Source: the human T2T-CHM13v2.0 reference genome, Homo sapiens. Taken from it: DNA of 64,000 bases. Positions 15,001 through 29,300 of this stretch are shown piece after piece. Positions within the stretch are counted from its first letter, which is position 1; each line of letters begins with the position of its first letter. The notes beneath the pieces are model-generated. The model saw only the letters and a program-made list of their open reading frames with translations. It did not search any database and had not been told where the DNA came from. The position numbers and the translations under genes were made by a program. Location: assembly GCF_009914755.1 (NCBI RefSeq), contig NC_060939.1. One strand, written 5' to 3'.

Positions 15001-17874
15001 ATGTGAGAAGAATGCACACATCACATAGATGTTTCTCAGAATGCTTCTGTGTAGTTTTTATGTAAAGATATTTCCTTTTCTAAAACTGGCCGCAAACGGC
15101 TCCAAATATCCACTTGCAGTTTCCACAAAAAGAGAGTTTCAAAACTGCTCTATCAAAAGAAAAGTTTAACTCTGTGATATAAATGAACATATCACAAGGA
15201 AGTTTCTCAGATTGCTTCTGTCTAGTTTTTATGTGAAGATATTTCCTTTTCCACCATAGTCCCCAAGGTGCACAAAATGTCCACTTGCAGATTCTTCAAA
15301 AAGAGGATTTCAAAACTGGTCCTTCAAAAGAAAGGTTCAACTATGAGACACGAATGCACACATCACAAAGAAGTTTCTAAGAATCCTTCTATGTAGTTTT
15401 TATGTGAAGATATTTCCTTTTCCACCATAGGCATCAAAGCCCTCCAAATGTCCACTTGCAGATTCTACAAAAAGAGAGTTTCAAACTGCTCATTCAAAAG
15501 AAAGGTTTAACTCTGTGAGATGAATGCACAAATCACAAAGAAGTTTCTCAGATTGCTTCTTTCTAGATTTTATGTGAAGATATTTTCTTTTCTACAACAG
15601 GCCACAAAGCACTCCAAATGTCCACTTGCAGATTGTACAAAAAGAGTGTTTCCAAACTGTTCAATCAAAAGAATGGTTCAAATCTGTGAGATGAACACAG
15701 ACATCACAAAGAAGTTTCTCAGAATTCTTCTGTGTAGTTTTTATGTGAAGATATTTCCTTTTCCACCATAGGCCTCAAAGCACTCCAAATATCCACTTGC
15801 AGATCCTACAAAAAGAGAGTTTCAAAACTGCTCAATCAAAAGAAAATTTTATCTCTGTGAGATGAAAGCACACATCACAAGGAAGTTTCTCAGATTGCTT
15901 CAGTCTAGGTTTTATGTGAATATGTTCCCTTTTCTACCACAGGCTGCAAAGGGCTCCAATTGTCCACTTGCAGATTTTACAAAAAGAGAGTTTCAACACT
16001 ACTCAATGAAAAGAAAGTGTTAAGTCTGTGAGATGAATACACACATCACAAAGAAGTTTATCAGATTGGTACTGTCTAGATTTTATGTGAAGATATTTCC
16101 TTTTCTACCATAGGCCGCAAAGCGCTCCAAATGTCCACTTGCAGATTCCACAAAAAGCGTGTTTCCAAACTGCTCAATCACAAGAAAGGTTCAACTCTAT
16201 GAGATGAACGCACACATCACAAAGAAGTCTCTCAGAATTCTTCTGCCTAGTTTTCAAGTGAAGATATATCCTTTTCCACCCTACACCTCAAAGCGCTCCA
16301 AATCTCCACTTGCTGATTCCACAAAAAGAGAGTTTCAAAACTGCCCTATCATAAGAAAGTTTTAACTCTGTGAGATGAATGCACACATCACAAAGAAGTT
16401 TCTCAGATTGCTTCTGTCTAGAGTTTATGAGAAGATATTTCCTTTTCTACCACAGGCTGCAAAACGCTCCAAATGTCCACTTGCAGACATTTCAAAAAGA
16501 GAGTTTCAGAACTGCTCAATGAAAAGAAAGGTTTAACTCTGTGAGATGAATTCACACATCACAAAGAAGTTTCTCAGATTGCTTCTTTTAGATTTTATGT
16601 GAAGATATATTATTTTCCACCATAAGCCTCAAGGCGCTCGATATGTCCACTTTCAGATTCTACAAAAAGTGTATGTCAATACTGGCCCATCAAAAGAGAG
16701 GTTCAACTCAGAGATGAATGCCCACATCAGAAAGAAGTTTCTCAGATTCCTTCTGTCTAGATTTTATGTGAAGATATTTCCTTTTCTTACACAAGCCACA
16801 AAGCGCTCCAAATGTCCACTTGCAGATTCTACAAAAAGAGTGTTTCCAAAACTTCTCAATCAAAGGAAATGTTCAGCTCTGTGAGATGATCAGAAACATC
16901 CCAAAGTAGTTTCTCAGAATTCTTCTGTCTGGTTTTTATATGAAAATATTTCCTTTTCCACCATCGGCCTCAAAGCGCTCGAAATATCCACTTGCAGATT
17001 CTACAAAAAGAGAGTCTCCAAACTCCTCAATCAAAAGAAAGGTTTAACTCTGTGAGATGAATGCACACATCATAAAGAAGTTTCTCAGATGGCTTCTGTC
17101 TAGATTTTAGGTGAAAATATTTCCTTTACTAACATAGGTCACAAAGCTCTGCAAGTTTCACCTTGCAGATTTTGCAGAAAGAGTGTTACCAAACTGCTCA
17201 ATCAAAAGAAAGTTTCAACTCTGTGTCATGAACGCACGCATCACAAAGAAGTTTCTCAGAATTCTTCTGTCTAGTATTTATGTGAAGATATTTCCTTTTC
17301 CACCATAGGCCTCAAAGTGCTCCAAATGTCCATTTGCAGATTCTACAAAAAGAGAGTTTCAAAACTGCTCTATCAAAAGCGATTTTTAAGTCAATGAGAT
17401 GAATGCATACATCACAAAGAAGTTTCTCAGATGGCTTCTGTCTAGATTTTATGTGAAGATATTTCCTTTTCCACCACAGGCCTCAAGGCCCTAGAAATGT
17501 CCACTTTCAGATTCTACAAAAAGCATATTTGAAAACTGGTCTTTCCGAAGAACAGTTCAACTCTGGGAAATGAATGCTCACATCACAAAGGAGTTTCTCA
17601 GAATGCTTCTATCTAGTTTTTATGTGATTATATTTCCTTTTCCACCATATACCTCAAGCGCGCCAAATGTCCACTTGCAGATTCTTCAAAAAGAGAGTTT
17701 CAAAACTGCTCAATCAGAAGAAAAGGTTAACTCTGTGAGATGAATAAACACATCACAAATAAGTTTTTCAGATTGCTTGTGTCTATATTTTATGTGAAGA
17801 TTTTTCCTTTTCTACCATAGGCCACAAAGCCTTCCAAATGTCCACTTTCAGATTCTATAAAAAGAGTGTTTCCA
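1..17874 (-). repeat. Alpha satellite (ALR/Alpha), divergent ~171-bp A-type monomers
   Basis: Recurring motif aagtttctcagaatgcttctgtgtagtttttatgtgaagatatttccttttccac...aaatatccacttgcagattctacaaaaagag every ~171 bp. This is the reverse complement of the alphoid consensus. The box position reads ttccttttcca (pJalpha) rather than the CENP-B box. Confidence 0.99.
1897..11100. repeat. Two-copy 4,602-bp (27-monomer) tandem duplication within alpha satellite
   Basis: Identical ORF translations at a constant offset of 4602 (2389/6991, 3708/8310, 4919/9521, 5897/10499). Spot-checked DNA is identical. Identity begins at 1897/6499 and ends at 6531/11133. Confidence 0.97.
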
Positions 17875-18323
17875 CCATCATTCTCAGTAAACTATCGCAA
17901 GAACAAAAAACCAAACACCACATATTCTCACTCATAGGTGGGAATTGAACAATGAGATCACATGGACACAGGACGGGGAATATCACACTCTGGGGACTGT
18001 GGTGGGGTCGGGGGAGGGGGGAGGGATAGCATTGGGAGATATACCTAATGCTAGATGACACGTTAGTGGGTGCAGCACACCAGCATGGCACATGTATACT
18101 TATGTAACTAACCTGCACAATGTGCACATGTACCCTAAAACTTAGAGTATAATTAAAAAAAATAAAATAAAAATAAAGTAATTACAATTAAGATAGGACC
18201 TAATTCTACTATTCTTCTCTTTGTTTTCTGTATATCTCATACCTTTTCTCACTCCTCATATCCTCCATTACTGTTATGTATTACATTAAATTGACTTTTA
18301 TAATTTACCATTGTAAAAAAAAA
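17875..18323 (+). mobile_element. 5'-truncated L1HS pre-Ta (ACG/G) with 3' transduction
   Basis: End of L1 ORF2 plus 3'UTR at 17875-~18152. Diagnostic ACG at 18060-18062 (gatgacACGttagtggg), tgcacaatgtg, and G at 18145 (cttaGagtat). It is followed by an A-rich tail, ~137 bp of non-L1 sequence and a second poly(A). A 16-bp TSD aaaaagagtgtttcca lies at 17859-17874 and 18324-18339. Confidence 0.95.
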
Positions 18324-20237
18324 AAAAAGAGTGTTTCCAAACTGTTCAATCGAAAGAAAGGTTCCACTCTGTGTGATGAATGCACACATCTCAAAGAAGT
18401 CTCTCAAAATTCTTCTGTGTAGTTTTTATGTGAATATATTTCCTTTTCCACCATAGGCCTCAAAGCGCTCCAAATGACCTCCCACAGACTCTACAAAAAA
18501 AGAGTTTCAATTCTGCTCAATCAAAAGAAAGGTTTAACTCTGTGAGATGAATGCACACATCACAAAGAAGTTTCTCAGATTGCTTGTGTCTAGATTTTCT
18601 GTGAGGATATTTCCTTTTATACAGTAGGCTGCAAAGCACTCCAAATGTCCACTTGCAGATTCTACAAAAAGAGTGTTTCCAAACTGCTCAATCGAAAGAA
18701 AGTTTCAAATCTGTGAGATGAATGCACACATCACAAAGAAGTTTCTCAGAATTCTTCTGTCTAGTTTTTATGTCAAGATATTTCCTCTTCCACCATAGGC
18801 CTCAAAGCACTCCAAATGTCCACTTGCAGATTCTACAAAAAGAGAGTTTCAAAACTGCTCAATCAAAAGAAAGTTTTAACTCTGTGAGATGAATGCACAC
18901 ATCACAAAGTAGTTTCTCAGATTGCTTCTGTCTATATTTTATGTGGAGATATTTCCTTTTCTACAATAGGCCACAAAGCACACCAAATGTCCACTTGCAG
19001 ATTCTACAAAGAGTTTTTCCAAACTGCTGAATCAAAAGAAGGATTCAACTCTGTGAGATGAAGGTACACATCACAAAGAAGTTTCCCAGAATTCTTCTGT
19101 CTAGTTTTTATATGAAGATATTTCATTTTCCACCAAAGGCCTGAAGGCACTAGAAATGTCCACTTGCAGATTCTACAAAAAGTGTATTTCAAAACTGATC
19201 CATCAAAAGAAAGTTTCAATTCTGTGAGATGCATGCACACCTCACAAAGAAGTTTCTCAGATTGCTTCTATCTAGTTTTTATGTGATTATATTTCCTTTT
19301 CCACCATAGACCTCAAAGCGCTACAAATGTACACTTGCAGATTCCACAAAAAGAGAGTTTCAAAACTGTTCAATCCAAACAAAGTGTTAACTCTGTGAGA
19401 TGAATGCACACATCACAAAGAAGTTTCTAAGATTGCTTCTGTCTAGATTTTTTGTGTAGATATATCCTTTTCTACCATAGGCCACAATGCACTCCAAATT
19501 TCCACCGGCAGATTCTACAAAAAGAGAGTTTCAAAACTGCTGAATCAAAAGAAAAGTTTAACCCTTTGAGATGAATGCACAGATCACAAAGTTTCTCAGA
19601 TTGCTTCTGTCTAGATTTTATGAGAAGATATTTCCTTCTATACCATAGGCTGCAAAGTGCTCCAAATGTCCACTTGCAGATTCTACAAAGAGAGAGTTTC
19701 AGAACTCCTCAATCAAAAGTAAGTTTTAACTCTGTGAGATGAATGCACACATCACAAAGAAGTTTCTCAGATTGCTTCTTTCTAGACTTTATGTGAAGAT
19801 ATTTCCTTTTCCACTGTAGGCCCCAAGGCAGTTTAAATGTCCACTTACAGACTCTACAAAAAGTGTATTTCAAAACTGGTCTTTCAAAAGAATGGTCAAC
19901 CCTGGGAGCTGAATGCATACATCAGAAATGTGTTTCTCAGAATGTTTCCATCTAGTTTTTATGTGATTATATTTCCTTTTCCACCATAGACCTCAAGCGC
20001 TCTAAATGTCCACTTGCAGATTCTACAAAAAGAGACTTTCAAAACTGCTCAATCAAAAGAAAAGTTTAACTCTGTGAGATGAATGCACACATCACAAAGA
20101 AGTTTCTCAGATTGCTTGTGTCTAGATTTTCAATGAAGTTATTTCCTTTTCTACAATAGCCCACAAAGCGCTCCAAATGTCCACTTGTAGATTCTACAGA
20201 AAGAGTGTTTCCAAACTGCTCAATCAAAAGAAAGGTT
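18324..20237 (-). repeat. Alpha satellite (tctag/aaatgtcc-type monomers)
   Basis: About 11 alphoid monomers between the two L1 insertions, resuming in register after the TSD. Confidence 0.98.
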
Positions 20238-20243
20238 TGTGTA

Positions 20244-21162
20244 GGAGGAGCGAATATGGCCAAATAGGAACAGCTCCGGTCTACAGCTCCCAGCGTGAGT
20301 GACGCAGAAGACAGGTGACTTCTGCTTTTCCATCTGAGGTACTGGGTTCATGTCACTATGGAGTGCCAGACAGTGGGCACAGGTCAGTGGGTGCAGTGCA
20401 CCGTGCATGGCAGAAGCATGGTGACGCATTGCCTCACTCAGGAAGTGCAAGGGGTCAGGGAGTTCCCTTTCCTAGTCAAAGAAAGGGGTGACAGACGGCA
20501 CCTGGAAAATCGGGTCACTCCCACCCAAAGACTGCACTTTTCTGACGGGCTTAAAAAACGGCACACCAGGAGATTATATCCCACACATGGCTTACACCAG
20601 GTGTTGGCGTAGGGTCCTACACCAACGGAGTCTCGCTGATTGCTAGCACAGCAGTCTGAGATCAAACTGCAAGGCGGCAGTGAGCCTGGGGGAGGGGCGA
20701 CAGCCATTGCCCAGGATTGCTTAGGTGAACAAAGCAGCCGGGAAGCTCGAACTGAGTGGAGCCCACCACAGCTCAAGGAGGCATGCCTGCCTCTGTAGGT
20801 TCCACTTCTGGGGGCAGGGCACAGACAAACAAAAAGACAGCAGTAACCTCTGCAGACTTAAATGTCCCTTTCTGACAGCTTTGAAGAGAGCAGTGGTCCT
20901 CCCAGCATGCAGCTGGAGATCTGAGAATGGGCAGACTGCCTCCTCATGTGGGTCCCTGACACCTGACCCCCAAGCAGGCTAACTGGGAGGCACCCCATAG
21001 CAGGGGCAGACTGACACCTCACACGGCCGGGTACTCCAACAGACCTGCAGCTGAGGGTCCTGTCTGTTAGAAGGAAAACTAACAAACAGAAAGGACATCC
21101 ACACCAAAAACCCATCGGTACATCACCATCATCAAAGACCAAAAGTAGATAAAACCACAAAG
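20244..21162 (+). promoter_or_regulatory. L1 5'UTR (internal sense promoter and antisense promoter region), YY1 site degenerate
   Basis: Homology to the L1PA 5'UTR. The YY1 element caagatggcc appears as gaatatggcc. Many CpGs have decayed to TpG/CpA. Confidence 0.8.
20438..20707 (-). CDS. L1 ORF0-like antisense ORF (89 aa, open, with a 5-aa in-frame insertion)
   Basis: The translation MAVAPPPGSLPPCSLISDCCASNQRDSVGVGP... matches the primate L1 ORF0 N-terminus (MAGAPPPASLPPCSLISDCCASNQRDSVGVGP). ATG is at 20707-20705. Expression is unknown. Confidence 0.6.
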   Translation of the reverse strand: MAVAPPPGSLPPCSLISDCCASNQRDSVGVGPYANTWCKPCVGYNLLVCRFLSPSEKCSLWVGVTRFSRCRLSPLSLTRKGNSLTPCTS

Positions 21163-22176
21163 ATGGGGAAAAAACAGAGCAGAAAACCTGGAAACTCTAA
21201 AAAGCAGAGTGCCTCTCCTCTTCCAAAGGAATGCAGTTCCTAACCAGCAACGGAAAAAAGCTGGACGGAGAATGACTTTGACGAGCTGAGAGAGAAGGCT
21301 TCAGATGATCAAATTACTCTGAGCTAGGGGAGGAAATTCAAACCAAAGGCAAAGAATTTGAAAACATTGAAAAAATTTAGAACATTGTATAACTAGAAAA
21401 ACCAATACAGAGAAATGCTTAAAGGAGCTGATGGAGCTGAAAACCAAGGCTCGAGAACTACGTGAAGAATGCAGAAGTCTCAGGAGCTGATGCAACCAAC
21501 TGGAAGAAAGGGTATCGTGATGGAAGATGAAATGAATGAAATGAAATGAGAAGGGAAGTTTAGAGAAAAAAGAATAAAAAGAAACAAGCAAAGCCTCCAA
21601 GAAATATGGGACTATGTGAAAAAACCAAATCTACATCTGATAGGTGTACCTGAAAGTGATGGGGAGGATGGAACCAAGTTGGAAGACACTCTGCAGGATA
21701 TTATCCAGGAGAACTTCCCCAGTCTAGCAAGGCAGGCCAACATTCAGATTCAGGAAATACAGAGAACGCCACAAAGATACTCCTTGAGAAGAGCAACTCC
21801 AAGACACATAACTATCAGATTCACCAAAGTTGAAATGAAGGAAAAAATGTTAAGCACAGCCAGAGAGAAAGGTCGGGTTATGCTCAAAGGGAAGCCCGTA
21901 AGACTAACAGCAGATCTCTCAGCAGAAACTCTACAAGCCAGAAGATAGTGGGGGCCAATATTCAACATTCTTAAAGAAAAGAATTTTCAACCCAGAATTT
22001 CATATCCAGCCAAATTAAGCTTCATAAGTGAAGGAGAAATAAAATACTTTACAGACAAGCAAATGCTGAGAGATTTTGTCACTACCATGCCTGCCCTAAA
22101 AAAGCTCCTGAAGGAAGTGCTAAACATGGAAAGGAACAACAGGTACCAGCCACTGCAAAATCATGTCAAAATGTAA
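21163..22176 (+). pseudogene. L1 ORF1p (disrupted)
   Basis: Starts atggggaaaaaacag at 21163 and ends ...aaaatgtaa at 22176. Contains the ORF1p RRM fragment KPNLHLIGVPE...LQARR. In-frame TAA at 21241 plus further disruptions. Confidence 0.93.
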
Positions 22177-22239
22177 AGACCATCGAGACTAGGAAGAAAC
22201 TGCATCAACTAAAGAGAAAAATAACCAGCTAACATCATA

Positions 22240-26061
<3,822 letters not shown>

Positions 26062-26345
26062 ACAATGAGAACGCATGGACACAGGAAGGGGAACATCACA
26101 CTCTGGGGACTTTTGTGGGGTGGGGCAACAGGGGAGGGATAGCATTGGGAGAGATACCTAAAGCTAGATGACGAGTTAGTGGGTGCAGCACACCACCATG
26201 GCACATGTGAACATATGTAAGTAACCTGCACATTGTGCACATGTACCATAAAACTTAAAGTATGACAATAATAAATAAATAAATAAATTAATTAATTAAT
26301 GAGGTTATTCAAAAAATAAACTAATTTTAAGAATTGGAAACAAAA

Positions 26346-29300
26346 AAAAGAAAGTTTCAAATCTGTGAGATGAACGCCCACATCACAAAGAAGTTTCTCA
26401 GAATTCTTCTGTCTAGTTTTTATGTCAAGATATTCCCTTTTCCACCATAGCCCTCAAAGCGCTCCAAATGTCCACTTGCAGATTCTACAAAAAGAGAGTT
26501 TCAAAACTGTTCGCTCAAAAGAAAGGTTTAACTCTGTGAGATGAATGCAAACATCACAAAGATGTTTCTCAGATTGCTTCTGTCTAGATTTTACGTGGAG
26601 ATATTTCCTTTTCTAACATAGGCCGCAAAGCGCTCCAAATGTCCAGTTGCAGATTCTACAAAAAAGGGTGTTTCCAAACTGCTCAATCAAAAGAAAGATT
26701 CAACTCTGTGAGATGAAGGTACACATCAAAAGAAGTTTCCGAGAATTCTTCTCTCTAGTTTTTATGTGAAGATATTTCATTTTCCACCAAAGGCCTCAAG
26801 GTACTAGAAATGTCCACTTGCAGATTCTGAAAAAAGTGTATTTCAAAACTGGTCCATCAAAATAAAGGTTCAACTCTGAGAGATGAATGCACACATCACA
26901 AAGAAGTTTCTCAAATTGCTTCTATCTAGTTTTTATGTGATTATATTTCCTTTTCCACCATAGACCTCAAAGCGCTCAAAATGTACACTTGCAGATTCTA
27001 CAAAAAGAGAGTTTCAAAACTGCTCAATCAAAAGCAAGGTTCAACCCTGTGAGATAAATGCAAACATCACAAATAAGTTTCTCAGATTGCTTCTGTCTAG
27101 ATTTTCTGTAGATATTTCCTTTTCAACCATAGGCCACAATGCACTCCAAATGTCCACCTGCAGATTCTATAAAAAGAGTCTTTCCAAACTGCTCAATCGA
27201 AGGAAAGGTTCACCTCTGTGAGATTAACGCACACATCAAAAAGAAGTTTCTCAGAATTCTTCTGGCTAGATTTTATGTGAAGATATTTCCTTTTCCACCA
27301 TAGGCCTCAAAACGCTCTAATTGTCCACTTGCAGATTCTACAAAAAGAGAGTTTCAAAACTGGTCAATCAAAAGAAAGCTATAATTCTGTGATATGCATG
27401 CACACTTCAAAAGAAATTTCTCAGATTGCTTCTGTCTAGATTTTATGTGAAGATATTTCCTTTTCTACCTTAGGCCGCAAAGCGCTCCAAATGTCCACTT
27501 GCAGATTCTACAAAATGAATGTTTCCAAACTGCTCAATCAAAAGATAGGTTCAACTCTGTGAGATGAATGCATGCATCACAGAGAAGTTTCTCAGATTTC
27601 TTCTGTCTAGTTTTCATATGAAGATATTCCCTTTTCCACCATAGGCCTCAAAGCGCTCAAAATAACCCCTTGCAAATTCCCCAAAAATTGTGTTTGAAAA
27701 CTGCTGCATCAAAAGAAAGGTTCAACTCTGTATGATAAATACTCACATCACAAGGAAGTTTCTCAGAATGCTTCTGTGTAGTTTTCATGTGAAGATATTT
27801 CCTTTTCCACAATAGGCGTCAAAGCGTTCAAAATATCCACTTGCATATTCTACAAAAAGAGTGTCTCAAAACTGCTCAGTCATAAGAGAGGGTCAACCCT
27901 GTGAGATGAATGCGCACATCACAAAGAAGTTTCTCAGAATGCTTCTGTGTAGTTTTTATGTGAAGATATTTCGCTTTCCACGATAGGCCGCAACTCGCTC
28001 CAAATATCCACTTGCAGATTCTACAAAAGGAGAGATTCAAAGCTGCTCAATCAGAACATCGGTTCAACTCTGTGAGTTGAATGCAGACAACACAAAGAAG
28101 TTTCTCAGAATGCTTCTGTGTAGTTTTTATGTGAAGATATTTCCTTTTCCACAATACGCCTCAAATTGCTCCAAATATTCACTTGCAGATTCTACAAAAA
28201 GAGTTTTTCAAAACTGCTCAATCAAAAGAAGGCTTCAAATCTGTGAGATGAATGCACTCATCAAAAAGAAGTTTCTCAGAATGCTTCTGTATAGTTTTTA
28301 TGTGAAGCTATTTGCTTTTCCACAGTAGGCCTCAAATATCCACTTGCAGATTCTACAAAAACAGTGTTTCAGAACTGTTCAGTCAAAAGAAAGGGTCAAC
28401 AATGTGAGATGAATACACACATCACAGAGACGTTTCTAGGAATGCTTCTGTGTGGTTTTTATGTGAAGATATTTCCTTTTCCAACATAGGCCTCAAGGGG
28501 CTCCAAATATCCACTTGCACATTCTACAAAAAGATAGATTCAAAACTGCTCAATCAACAGATAGGTTCAACTCTGTGAGATGAATGGACACATTACAAAG
28601 AAGTTTCTCAGAATGCTTCTGTATAGTTTTTAGGTGAAGATATTTCCTTTTCCTCAATAGGCCTCAAAGCGCTCCAAATATCCACTAGCAGATTCTACAA
28701 AAAGAGTGTTTCAAAACTGCTCAATCATAAGATAGGTTCAACCCTGTGAGATGAATGCACACTTCACAAAGAAGTTTCTCAGAATGCTTCTGTGTAGTTT
28801 TTACGTGAAGATATTTCCTTTTCCACCATAGGCCTCAAATCGCTCCAAATATCAGTTTGCAGATTCAACAAAAAGAGTTTTTCAAAACTGTTCAATCAAA
28901 AGACAGGTTAAACTCTGTGAGATGAATGCACACATCACAAATAAGTTTCTCAGAATGCTTCTCTATAGTTTTTATGTGAAGACATTTGCTTTTCCACAGT
29001 AGGCCTCAAAGCGCTCCAAATATCCACTTGCAGATTCTACAAAACCAGTGTTTCAAAACTTCTTTATCAAAAGAAAGGATCGACCCTGTCCGATGAATGA
29101 ACACATTACAAAGAAGATTCTCAGAATGCTTCTGTGTAATTTTCAGGTGAAGATATTTGCTTTTCCACAGTAGGCCTGAAAGTGCTCCAAATATCCACTA
29201 GCAGATGCTACAAAAAGAGTGTTCCAAAACTGCTCAATCATAAGATAGGTTCAAACTTGTGAGATCAATGCACACATCACAAAGAAGTTTCTCAGAATAC

